A DNA stretch of 64,000 nt. Origin: Candidatus Falkowbacteria bacterium. Its GTDB lineage: Bacteria; Patescibacteriota; Patescibacteriia; UBA11705. Location of the stretch: assembly GCA_003518055.1 (NCBI GenBank), contig DOZJ01000003.1, positions 2,046 to 66,045 on the forward strand, read 5' to 3'. The translations under genes and the position numbers were made by a program. Under the pieces are notes generated by a model. The model was not told the DNA's origin, made no database searches, and saw only the letters and a program-made list of their open reading frames with translations. This document shows, piece by piece, positions 44,386 through 53,711 of this stretch; within the stretch, counting starts at the first letter, position 1, and the number at the start of each line of letters is the position of its first letter.

Positions 44386-45186
44386 TTGAACGACATTATG
44401 ATTGTATTTGCGGCGGTGGTCCCCCACCCGCCATTAATCATTCCCAGCTTGGGAAAAGATAATACAAAAAAATTGACTAAAACTCAAGAAGCTTTTGAAA
44501 TTTTAAAAAAAGAATTTGAGGCGGCTAAACCTGATACGGTTGTAATATTTTCACCGCATGGAGATATATATCCGGATGCGTTTACCATCAATACTTTGCC
44601 TGAATATGAGTTGAATTTTGAAGATTTCGGCGACTTTGAAACTCGGATGAATTTTGTCGGTGACCTAGGATTGATCAATCGATTCCGGGAACAAGTGGAA
44701 ACTACCCTACCGGTGGTGTTAAAATCAGAGTCGGTGCTTGATTATGGCGTGGGCATTCCATTGTATTCTCTCGCTCAGGCATATAAAAATTTCAAAATAA
44801 TGCCGATAAATTCTTCCTTACTTGACCTCGAACAGCATTTGAATTTTGGCGAGGAATTGAAAGAAGCGATATTTTCAAGTGAAAAAAAGGTGGCGATAAT
44901 CGCCTCAGCTGATTTGAGTCATCGGCTGTCAAAAAATGCTCCAGCCGGGTTTTCACCGAAAGCCAAGGATTTTGATAAAAAAATTATTCAGTATTTGAAA
45001 CAAAAAAAAGTAGATCAGATGATCCAATTCGATTCCCAGCTGCTCAAGGAGGCCGAAGAGTGCGGGTTGAGACCGATTATGATGTTGATGGGAGTGATTA
45101 GGAATATGAATTATGATTTTCAGGTTTTGAGTTATGAGTCGCCTTTTGGGGTGGGATATTTGGTGGGAGAGTGTTTGTTGAAGTAA
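44386..45186 (+). CDS. Class III extradiol dioxygenase (LigB/DODA-like) family protein
   Basis: Motifs seen: AAVVPHPPLIIP, FSPHGD and ASADLSHRL. The start is uncertain (TTG at 44386 or ATG at 44398). Confidence 0.6.
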   Translation: MNDIMIVFAAVVPHPPLIIPSLGKDNTKKLTKTQEAFEILKKEFEAAKPDTVVIFSPHGDIYPDAFTINTLPEYELNFEDFGDFETRMNFVGDLGLINRFREQVETTLPVVLKSESVLDYGVGIPLYSLAQAYKNFKIMPINSSLLDLEQHLNFGEELKEAIFSSEKKVAIIASADLSHRLSKNAPAGFSPKAKDFDKKIIQYLKQKKVDQMIQFDSQLLKEAEECGLRPIMMLMGVIRNMNYDFQVLSYESPFGVGYLVGECLLK

Positions 45187-45545
45187 CTGTAACTACGAAA
45201 GTTTGGCAGCAAGTAGATAGTTTTACGAAAATTAGGCGGGCGTAACTGTAACTACGGAATTAACTGTAACTACCCGCCTACGCTCTTACTTCCACCTACG
45301 CATAACGCTTATGCCTTCGCTAAAGCTATGGCATACAGGTCGGTGGACAGGGTGTAGAGCTACGGCGGGCGCGGCGGAAGTTTGGCAAGTCGGTTGGGTT
45401 TTTTACAAAAGTATGGCAGCAACAATAACTACCCACCTACGCTCTTACTGTGTGAGCTACGGCGCCTGCCTGCCGGTAGGCAGGGGCGCAGCGGAGGTTT
45501 GGCGGGGATTGGTTGCGTAGGGTTAATTCAGGGAAAAGAAAGGCG
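45181..45545. repeat. Intergenic repeat cluster that includes the second copy of the ~130-nt unit
   Basis: GTAACTGTAACTACGAAAGTTTGGCAGCAAG and GCGTAACTGTAACTACGGAATTAACTGTAACTAC (the latter also at 18618-18650). Positions 45376-45505 match 18651-18783. Confidence 0.85.
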
Positions 45546-45594
45546 GATTATGTTCGCTTTTTTTAGTCTGTTAAGGTAAAATAAAGGTGAAACT

Positions 45595-47481
45595 ATGACT
45601 AAAATCGCTCACGTGACGCCATTAAGAAAACTGCCAAGAGAGATGGATTACTTTGATTATATTATTCCCGATAAGCTCGCGGCGGTGGTTAAGGTTGGTT
45701 CACTGGTTGAAATTCCGTTCAAGCAAAGTATGGTTCAAGGGTTGGTCGTGGGGATAGATAAGGAAAGTAAATTCAAAAAATTGAAAATGATTGATGATAT
45801 AATCGACTCTGAGCTGGTCCTGCCGGAATGGCAGATAAATTTTATCAAATGGTTTGCTGATTATTATTTTTATTCATTGTCATCAACTGTTCGGATGTTC
45901 GTGCCGGAAAAACCTAAACTTAAAAGAAAGGCAAAGGAGCCCGCGATTGGTCAAATTAGCGCAACGGTTAAACATAACAAAGAAATTGATAAATTGGGGC
46001 AGCTGTTGATGAAAAAAAGCCAACGTGAGAATTTAATTATTAATCATGATCAGGAAAAGAATAATCAATTGATAATAAATTTGATTGAACAAACGGTTAC
46101 TGCCGGCCGGCAAATCATAATCATGGTGCCGCACGTGGAAAAAATTAAAGACGTGTTGCAAATAATTCCCGAGAAATTTTCGGCCTTGATCGCCGTCGTT
46201 GACAGCGGTCTTTTTCGCCAAAAAAACGCTTGGCATGAGGCTTGGCGGAATATTCGCTTGAATCAAAAACAGATTATTGTCGGTACGCGATCGGCTCTTT
46301 TGACGCCGGTTGATGATTTGGCTTATGTCTACATAAATGAAGCGGAATCGATTGATTACAAGAATTGGGACCAAAATCCGCGATATCATGGAACCACATT
46401 AGCGCGGAAAATGGCTGAACTGACCGGCGCGAAAGTAATTCTCAGTTCCCCGGCGCCGAATATTGAAGATTATTTTGTGATTAAGAAAAACAATCAGCCG
46501 ATTATAACCTTGGGAGCTAACATTAAAACAGATGAATTACAGATCATTGATTTGAATAGTGTCAGGCGAAAAGAATTTACCTATTATAGTCCGCAGTTGC
46601 TTGATAATATCAGGCGGACATTGGCGACAGGAAAGAGGGTTGTTTTGTTTTTGAATAAACGAGGATTCTCCAGTCAAACGAGATGTAATGCCTGCGATTT
46701 TATTGCCAAGTGTCCTAGTTGTGATTTGCCGCTCGTGTCAACGGAAACAGAGTTGGTGTGTTATTCGTGTCAACATCGTGAGCCGGCTTTGACCGTATGC
46801 CCCAAATGTCATCGTGGTCAATTAAAGGATTTGGGGCTGGGAATTGATCAAGCGGCCGCGGATTTGAAGGGTGAATTTGCCGGCGTAAGTATTGCCGATC
46901 CGAAAGCGCGGATTTATTTGACGACAACATTACCCACTGATAAAACCGTATTTAATGATGTTGCTTTTATCGGGGTTATCTCTTGGGACAGTATGTTGTA
47001 TTTGACTGATTTTCGGCTGATGACGCGATTTTTTCAGCAGATATGGACATTGACCGTGCTCAAGAGAATGTGGGCGCCAGAAGCCAAAATTTTGCTTCAA
47101 ACGGCATTGCCGGACACTTTGGCGATAAAATATATATATCAGGATTATAAGCGGTATTTTGATTCAGAATTAGCAAAAAGAGAGATGTTTCATTATCCGC
47201 CCCAAAGCCGACTGATCAGTATTTTTACCCAGAATAAGGATAAAAAGACCGGTCAAGCTGAAGCTAAACAGCTGTACGAACAGCTATATAGGCAGTTTTA
47301 TGCTGACAAAAATTTGCAGATATCTGTCCCCTATCAGCCGCATAGGCAGATGACTCGGGGGCAGTATCGATATTATATTTTGATAAAAATTCTTAATGAT
47401 GACACGGCGATTCGAAGCTGGATTAAAGAGTTTTTGCCGGATTACTGGACCATTGACATTGACCCGATGAATGTAGTATAA
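45595..47481 (+). CDS. priA: Primosomal protein N' (PriA)-like, with degenerate ATPase motifs
   Basis: N-terminal 3'-DNA-binding-like domain. The Cys-rich region CNACDFIAKCPSCDLPLV...CYSCQH...CPKCH is typical of PriA. The Walker A position reads NHDQEKNN and the DExH position reads NEAES. Confidence 0.75.
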   Translation: MTKIAHVTPLRKLPREMDYFDYIIPDKLAAVVKVGSLVEIPFKQSMVQGLVVGIDKESKFKKLKMIDDIIDSELVLPEWQINFIKWFADYYFYSLSSTVRMFVPEKPKLKRKAKEPAIGQISATVKHNKEIDKLGQLLMKKSQRENLIINHDQEKNNQLIINLIEQTVTAGRQIIIMVPHVEKIKDVLQIIPEKFSALIAVVDSGLFRQKNAWHEAWRNIRLNQKQIIVGTRSALLTPVDDLAYVYINEAESIDYKNWDQNPRYHGTTLARKMAELTGAKVILSSPAPNIEDYFVIKKNNQPIITLGANIKTDELQIIDLNSVRRKEFTYYSPQLLDNIRRTLATGKRVVLFLNKRGFSSQTRCNACDFIAKCPSCDLPLVSTETELVCYSCQHREPALTVCPKCHRGQLKDLGLGIDQAAADLKGEFAGVSIADPKARIYLTTTLPTDKTVFNDVAFIGVISWDSMLYLTDFRLMTRFFQQIWTLTVLKRMWAPEAKILLQTALPDTLAIKYIYQDYKRYFDSELAKREMFHYPPQSRLISIFTQNKDKKTGQAEAKQLYEQLYRQFYADKNLQISVPYQPHRQMTRGQYRYYILIKILNDDTAIRSWIKEFLPDYWTIDIDPMNVV

Positions 47482-47550
47482 TATGAGCGTTTTGTATCAG
47501 GGCAATTTGTTAATTAGATAATGCAAATCAATAAATCTAACGGCATATAT

Positions 47551-48042
47551 ATGATTTTACCAATAATTAAATATCCTAATAAAAATCTTCGAAAAAAATC
47601 TCAGGATTTATCCAAAGAACAGATTCTGTCTCCCGAGACTCAAGGATTTATCGTCAATTTGATTGAGACCATGTTTAAGGAAGACGGTTTGGGGTTGGCG
47701 GCGGTACAGGTTGATAAGCATTGGAACATGTTTGCCGTGGCCACCGAGGACGGCCCGATGGTTTTTATCAATCCGAAAATTGTTTATAAATCGTGGCTCA
47801 AAGAAACAGACGAAGAAGGTTGTTTGTCGGTTCCGGGTGTATATGGTTTGGTCAAACGGCCAAAAACCGTCATTATTAAGGCACTGGACCGCAATGGAAA
47901 TAAATTGTCGATGAAAGCCAAAGGGCTTTTTGCCCGAGTGCTGCAGCATGAAGCTGATCACACGCAAGGTGTTTTATTTATTGACAAGACAAATAAAATT
48001 ACCCGAGGTGATGATGTTTTGCGAGAATTAAACACTAAATAA
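47551..48042 (+). CDS. def: Peptide deformylase
   Basis: Motifs GLAAVQV, EGCLSVPG and QHEADH. Confidence 0.9.
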   Translation: MILPIIKYPNKNLRKKSQDLSKEQILSPETQGFIVNLIETMFKEDGLGLAAVQVDKHWNMFAVATEDGPMVFINPKIVYKSWLKETDEEGCLSVPGVYGLVKRPKTVIIKALDRNGNKLSMKAKGLFARVLQHEADHTQGVLFIDKTNKITRGDDVLRELNTK

Positions 48043-48099
48043 TTTTGAATTTTTTTTGAATTAAAGTGGTTGACGGCCAATCAGTTACAAGATAAAAAT

Positions 48100-49074
48100 A
48101 TGGGTGAGAAAAAAAGAAAAATAGTTTTCATGGGTACTTCAGAATTTGCCGTGCCAATATTAACACGGTTAAATCAGTGTCATGAAGTGGTTCTGGTGGT
48201 TGCGTCGCCGGATAAGCCGGCCGGCCGGAAACAGATTCTAACGCCGCCGCCGGTAAAGGTTTTGGCCCAAGAGTTGGGCTTGCCGGTGGAACAGCCGGTA
48301 AAATTGAGGGGAAATGAAAATTTTTTAAATCGATTAAATGAGATCAGTCCGGAATTAATTGTGGTGGTGGCGTATGGAAAAATTTTACCGGCTGAAATAA
48401 TTAATCTGCCTGAGCATGGGTGTGTAAACGTGCACGGTTCCATTCTGCCGAAATATCGAGGTCCGTCGCCGATTCAAACCGCGATCTTGAATGGTGATAA
48501 GGAAACGGGCGTGTCGTTCATCTTGATGGATCTGGGTATGGACACGGGTGATATTATTGAGTCTCATTCACTTGAAATAACCGCTGATGATAATTTTAAT
48601 ACTTTAAGTGGTAAATTATCCACGCTAGCTGCGGACAAAATATGTCCAATTGTAGACGGATATATAAAAGGAGAACTAAATCTTGAAGTTCAAGAAGATG
48701 ATGATGCGACGTATTGCTACAAGATGACTGAGGAGTTGGGAAAAATTCAATGGTCATTGTCGGCTCGAGCGATTGCCAATCGAGTCAGAGCCATCAGCGA
48801 GAAGGTCGGGGTTTATGGATTTTATGATAAAAAACGTTTGAGCATCATTGAAGCTGATTTTATTGATAGTGCCTGTCCTGAAGACAAGGCGGAATTACCT
48901 GTTGGGACGGTTTTAATGGGAATAGAGACTGAAACCAACCAGAAAATCATTTGCGTAAAATGCGGCAAAGGCCGACTGATTTTGAAGAAAGTCCAACTTG
49001 AGGGCCGGCAACCAATGGAAATAAAGGATTTTATCAACGGACAGCAAAAGTTCGTGGGATCAGTGCTAACATAA
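48100..49074 (+). CDS. fmt: Methionyl-tRNA formyltransferase
   Basis: IVFMGTSEFAVP and HGSILPKYRGPSPIQ. Sits in the def-fmt operon order. Confidence 0.9.
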   Translation: MGEKKRKIVFMGTSEFAVPILTRLNQCHEVVLVVASPDKPAGRKQILTPPPVKVLAQELGLPVEQPVKLRGNENFLNRLNEISPELIVVVAYGKILPAEIINLPEHGCVNVHGSILPKYRGPSPIQTAILNGDKETGVSFILMDLGMDTGDIIESHSLEITADDNFNTLSGKLSTLAADKICPIVDGYIKGELNLEVQEDDDATYCYKMTEELGKIQWSLSARAIANRVRAISEKVGVYGFYDKKRLSIIEADFIDSACPEDKAELPVGTVLMGIETETNQKIICVKCGKGRLILKKVQLEGRQPMEIKDFINGQQKFVGSVLT

Positions 49075-49152
49075 TACAAAAGGAGCCATTGGGGCTCTTT
49101 TTTGTCGGAGTTCATTGAATATGCGATAATTCAAGTGTAAAAATCAAAGAAT

Positions 49153-49578
49153 ATGATAATAAAACTTTCAGGTTGCGCCATTGTTAACGAACGGGGGGAA
49201 ATGCTTCTGTTGTGGAAAATAAACCAAGGTCATTATGAGTTTCCCGGCGGCAAGGTTGAGTCCGGAGAGACGCTGGAACAAGCGGCAATTCGTGAATGTC
49301 GGGAGGAATTGGGAGTTGATGTGACGTTGGGTGACTATATTGGAGCGGAAGAATTTGAAACCAAGGGAGGTAAATTTCGGAGTCATAAATTTTTTGGGAT
49401 GATAAAAAAAGGACAAACACCCAAAGTTAATGAACCGGAAAAATTTGAAAAATTATTTTGGCTGCCCATGGATCGTTATACTGAATTTTCCTGCGCTCCA
49501 AATGTAAAAAAAGTCTGTCAAAGATACATTGATGGTGAACTCAAATTACCATTTGAAATTAAAATGAAAATAAGATAA
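49153..49578 (+). CDS. NUDIX hydrolase (MutT-like)
   Basis: Nudix box GGKVESGETLEQAAIRECREELGV. Confidence 0.8.
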   Translation: MIIKLSGCAIVNERGEMLLLWKINQGHYEFPGGKVESGETLEQAAIRECREELGVDVTLGDYIGAEEFETKGGKFRSHKFFGMIKKGQTPKVNEPEKFEKLFWLPMDRYTEFSCAPNVKKVCQRYIDGELKLPFEIKMKIR

Positions 49579-49596
49579 AACGATAAAAAATATTTT

Positions 49597-50367
49597 ATGT
49601 CAGATTACTACTCTATCCCCAGGGCGGCAAATTGGAATTTTGATCCGAAAAAGAAAAATAATTTCAAGCTTAGCCGATCAAAGCTAGATTTATACATGGA
49701 ATGTCCACGGTGTTTTTATTTGGATAATCGTTTGGGGTTGAAACGTCCGTCTGGATTCCCTTTTAACTTGAACAGCGCGGTCGATACGCTGCTGAAAAAA
49801 GAATTTGATATTCATCGAGCTAAAAGACAGGCTCATCCGTTAATGAAAAAATACAAAATTGAAGCTGTGCCAGCTGATCACGAGCAGCTGAATGTGTGGC
49901 GGGAAAATTTTCAGGGAATTACCTATGATCACAAAGAAACCGGTTTGAAGATCACCGGCGCTATTGATGATTTGTGGATTGATAAACAAGGCAAGTATAT
50001 CGTGGTCGATTACAAGGCAACCAGCAAAGATGAAGTCATTAAGGATATCAACAAACCGTGGCAGATCGGTTATAAACGACAAATGGAGGTGTATCAGTGG
50101 CTTTTGCGTCAAAATGGCTACAAAGTAGCCGACACCGGATACTTTGTCTATTGCAATGGTCGGACCGATCTTGAAGCCTTTGATGCCAAACTGGAATTTG
50201 ACATCAGTATTATCCCCTACCTTGGTAATGATTCGTGGGTGGAGCCGGCAATTATAAAGGCTTATAAATGTTTGAAAAGCAATACGCTGCCTAAATCAAG
50301 CAAAAATTGTGATTATTGCCGGTATCGAAGTGTCGTTAGTAAGGTTGAAGGTCATGGTAGCGTTTAA
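49597..50367 (+). CDS. PD-(D/E)XK nuclease superfamily protein (Cas4/RecB-like, Cys-containing)
   Basis: N-terminal CPRCFY, core GAIDDLWIDKQGKYIVVDYKAT (D...D-x-K) and C-terminal CDYCRY. Confidence 0.65.
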   Translation: MSDYYSIPRAANWNFDPKKKNNFKLSRSKLDLYMECPRCFYLDNRLGLKRPSGFPFNLNSAVDTLLKKEFDIHRAKRQAHPLMKKYKIEAVPADHEQLNVWRENFQGITYDHKETGLKITGAIDDLWIDKQGKYIVVDYKATSKDEVIKDINKPWQIGYKRQMEVYQWLLRQNGYKVADTGYFVYCNGRTDLEAFDAKLEFDISIIPYLGNDSWVEPAIIKAYKCLKSNTLPKSSKNCDYCRYRSVVSKVEGHGSV

Positions 50368-50417
50368 ATACGGTAAATTGTGTTGCAATTTAATCAGAAA
50401 GGGTTAAGAAAAATTTT

Positions 50418-50801
50418 ATGAAAAAATTAAACTGTTCATTGCGGCTCCCCTCTTGGGTTTACGGTGGTGTGATTAGTCTGGCAGTATTTTTAATGTTGTA
50501 TTATTTTAATAACATAATTCAAGATTGGAATTTGGCTGGACCGGTGGAGAGTTTTTTGGCCGTAATTGTCAGAGGCGGGCTTTTGGTTGTCATGATTCCA
50601 TTGTATATTTTGTTTAGTTATATTGGGTTTATTCTGGACGCGATTTTCCACACCGGAGTTGGATATGAATCTTTGGGTGTGTTTCCGGCCGGCGTTATGT
50701 TTATGAAAGCGGTAGGGCTGGTTTATTTTTTTACAGTCGGCGCGGTGGCGGTGGTTATTTATCGTAAGGTTTGGCCATCAATTCCCAAGAAATTAAATTA
50801 A
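50418..50801 (+). CDS. Hypothetical membrane protein (127 aa)
   Basis: Four hydrophobic helices. ORF only. Confidence 0.5.
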   Translation: MKKLNCSLRLPSWVYGGVISLAVFLMLYYFNNIIQDWNLAGPVESFLAVIVRGGLLVVMIPLYILFSYIGFILDAIFHTGVGYESLGVFPAGVMFMKAVGLVYFFTVGAVAVVIYRKVWPSIPKKLN

Positions 50802-50984
50802 CTTTTTTGTTGTTTGCGTTGATAGAGTGATAATCTAAAAAGGGATGACAAGCTCTGTGGCTTAATGATGTAATCCAGCGGTTTTCAGGCTGGTGTTTTA
50901 TATATAAACAATGGCGGTTATTGACGTTATGAGTCGCCTATGTTAAGGTGATTTGTTGTAACTTGACAAAATAACGGAGGAAGC

Positions 50985-53078
50985 ATGAGCAACGAACACA
51001 AATATTTTTGGGAAGAAGCAGTGGCCATTTTACGACGATTGCGGATTCGCACCAAACAAAAATATTTTGAACTTTGCAACATTGATAATCGATTTTCTCG
51101 AACCCCGGGATCTTTTTATCGTGACTGCTGGGTGGAAAAGGGTAAATGGCCCGGTTTCTTGGGATTCAAACCGTTTCGGACTGAGAAAACCAGTTACGTC
51201 ACGTGGGAAGAAGCAGCTGTCGCGGCCAGAAAATTGGGGTTTGCTACTGCGGATGATTATAAATTAGACTATGAAACAGATCCCAAATTGCACTCAAGCC
51301 CGCAAAAACTTTATAGATATGTATGGAAGAAAAATGGTGGCTGGCCCGGCTTTTTGGGTACAATCGGCAAAAAGAAACGAAAAAAATTTTACGCTACTTG
51401 GGCTGAAGCGTCAGCCGCTGCTCGGCGGTTAAAATTCAAAACCATTCGAGAGTATGTTAACGGTCGGAAACAAGATCCACGACTTCACTCTAAACCAAAC
51501 AAACTATATGCGGCTGAGTGGAAATCGAATGGCGGTTGGAAAGGATTTCTTGGAAATTCAGGCATAAGAAAACGACAGGATATTTATCCTACGTGGAATC
51601 TCGCTTCAGCTGCAGCCAAAAAACTGGGAATTAAACGAAGTGAAGATTATAGTAAAGTGTATAAAAAAGACCCCAAGCTGCCGGGCAACCCCAATCTCGC
51701 TTATGAGGATGTTTGGCAGAAGAATGGACGCTGGGCCGGATTCTTGGGGACAAGGACAAAACCTAATCCGGATGAAAAATACGCGACTTGGGAAGAAGCA
51801 TCGGCCGCTGCCAAAAAAATTGGGTTTATTTCGACTGATGATTATAACCAGCGATTTGCTGAAACTGATCCGAAATTGCCGGGAAAACCAAGTGACAAGT
51901 ATCGGAGTGTTTGGAAAAAAAACGGCCGTTGGATCGGTTACCTTGGTTTAAAAATGGTTTCACCCATCCGCGGTCATAAATATGTTACTTGGCATGAAGC
52001 ATCTAAGGCCGCTCAAAGATTAGGCATCAAAAATGGAATAGAATACAAACGTCGATACAAAAGTGATCCAAAGCTGCCGCTGAAGCCGGCCCAATTGTAT
52101 AAGATTGAATGGAAGAAGCGCGGCAGCATGGCTGGTTTTCTGGCACGAATATTTTCATATGTCAGATGGGAAGAAGCATCGGCCGCCGCTCGAAAATTGA
52201 ATATTCGGACCATCAAAGAATATCAGAAAAAACATTGTTTGGATCCACGATTGCCAAGCAATCCGGCCCATACTTACAAATCTGTCTGGGTGAAAAAAGG
52301 TCTTTGGCTGGGATTCCTCGGCAAAACTAAGGTGGAAAAATACGCTACTTGGGATGAGGCGGTGAAGGCGGTTAGACGATTAAGAATTACGTCATGCCGC
52401 GATTATCAAAATCGATACCGTTGTGACCCGAAGTTGCCGGTCAGACCATATATAAATTACAGAAACGTTTGGGTTTTGCTCGGTAAGTGGAGTGGTTTTA
52501 TCGGTCGGAAATCTCATTTTTATTCGACTTGGCAGGAAGCGTCAAAGGCCGCGATTGCTTTGGGCATCAAGACTCAAAAAGAGTACAAACAGAATTATTG
52601 GGATGATCCAAAATTACCAAGCACTCCAGATGTGGTTTATCAATCGTTGTGGAAAGTTAATGGCGGTTATTGGGGGTTTTTGGGTAAAACAAAGAAATAT
52701 CAATCTTGGTCAGAAGCGGCAAAAGCGGCGCGCAGTCTAAAAATCAGGAATAATCAAGAGTACAAAATAAAATACAAGTTGAATCCGAAATTACCGGCCT
52801 GTCCGGATCATTATTATAAAAATGATTGGAAAAGAAATGGCTGCTGGAACGGATTCCTCGGATTGACGCCAAAAAAATATTATGACACATGGATTGAAGC
52901 GTCGACTGCGACGATAACATTGGGAATTAAATATCAGCAAGAATATCGTCAACGATACAAACAAGATCCCCGGCTTCCGCCTAGCCCGGATTTAGTTTAC
53001 AAGGATGTCTGGGTTGATAACGGGCGCTGGCTGGGATTTCTCGGCCGGACAAATAGAATATTGAAAGCTCGCAAATAA
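50985..53078 (+). CDS. Tandem-repeat protein: 11 copies of a ~58-aa W-E-E-A...DPKLP...Y...W...G-W-x-G-F-L-G unit
   Basis: Eleven units each end in (W/Y)xGFLG-like sequence. Unit consensus: Y(A/V)TWEEAS(A/K)AA(R/K)KLGIK...EY...Y..DPKLP..P...Y...W..NG.W.GFLG. SD GGAGGAAGC precedes the ATG. Confidence 0.75.
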   Translation: MSNEHKYFWEEAVAILRRLRIRTKQKYFELCNIDNRFSRTPGSFYRDCWVEKGKWPGFLGFKPFRTEKTSYVTWEEAAVAARKLGFATADDYKLDYETDPKLHSSPQKLYRYVWKKNGGWPGFLGTIGKKKRKKFYATWAEASAAARRLKFKTIREYVNGRKQDPRLHSKPNKLYAAEWKSNGGWKGFLGNSGIRKRQDIYPTWNLASAAAKKLGIKRSEDYSKVYKKDPKLPGNPNLAYEDVWQKNGRWAGFLGTRTKPNPDEKYATWEEASAAAKKIGFISTDDYNQRFAETDPKLPGKPSDKYRSVWKKNGRWIGYLGLKMVSPIRGHKYVTWHEASKAAQRLGIKNGIEYKRRYKSDPKLPLKPAQLYKIEWKKRGSMAGFLARIFSYVRWEEASAAARKLNIRTIKEYQKKHCLDPRLPSNPAHTYKSVWVKKGLWLGFLGKTKVEKYATWDEAVKAVRRLRITSCRDYQNRYRCDPKLPVRPYINYRNVWVLLGKWSGFIGRKSHFYSTWQEASKAAIALGIKTQKEYKQNYWDDPKLPSTPDVVYQSLWKVNGGYWGFLGKTKKYQSWSEAAKAARSLKIRNNQEYKIKYKLNPKLPACPDHYYKNDWKRNGCWNGFLGLTPKKYYDTWIEASTATITLGIKYQQEYRQRYKQDPRLPPSPDLVYKDVWVDNGRWLGFLGRTNRILKARK

Positions 53079-53128
53079 ATCTTGCGGGTTTTTTAATCAA
53101 AAAACCGGCGCTAAGCCGGTTGTCTGGG

Positions 53129-53626
53129 TTATCTGGCAATCAGAAATTTACGTTTATTATCGCTCAGATTCATGAAGTCATCGGCGGCCTCAATTAACTT
53201 GGCACTGGTTGATTCTTTGAAGGCGACCACTTCTACGCGGCAGCCGGTGGTGTTCTGAAGATATTCAATCAATGGGACATAATCACCGTCACCCGAAACC
53301 AAAATGATCACATCCAAGCTTTTGGCCAGTTTAATGGCGTCGACGGCAATACCGACGTCCCAATCGGCTTTTTTGCTCCCATCGGGAAATATTTGCAGGT
53401 CTTTGGTTTTGACTTCATAGCCTGATTTGGCCAGAGCGTCAAAAAATTTCCCCTCGGCGCCCTCAAGTGTGGCTATGCCATAAGCAATGGCTCGGATCAG
53501 TTTTCGATTGCCGACCGATTCGGTTAGAATATTACCAAAGCTGACTTTTTTCTTGTATAAGGCTTTGGCGCTGTAATAAAGATTTTGAATGTCGACGAGC
53601 ACGCCGACGCGTTGGTCTTGATACAT
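53129..53626 (-). CDS. NYN domain (LabA-like) protein
   Basis: VGVLVDIQNLYYSA ... ILVSGDGDYVPLIEYLQ, the typical NYN/LabA core. Confidence 0.8.
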   Translation of the reverse strand: MYQDQRVGVLVDIQNLYYSAKALYKKKVSFGNILTESVGNRKLIRAIAYGIATLEGAEGKFFDALAKSGYEVKTKDLQIFPDGSKKADWDVGIAVDAIKLAKSLDVIILVSGDGDYVPLIEYLQNTTGCRVEVVAFKESTSAKLIEAADDFMNLSDNKRKFLIAR

Positions 53627-53711
53627 AGATTTTGATAAACGGTAAGAGTTAAGTTGTGATTATATTTTTAGTAATAGAAATAAAAGTAAAACCGGTACGC
53701 ATAAAGCGTCA

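Noticed and set aside
45311-45579. 69-aa and 65-aa ORFs inside the 45.2-45.5-kb repeat cluster, and the 69-aa ORF at 18704..18913
   Set aside because: They lie entirely within the duplicated non-coding repeats, have GC-hairpin-derived Ala/Gly/Arg-rich translations, and show no translation signals.
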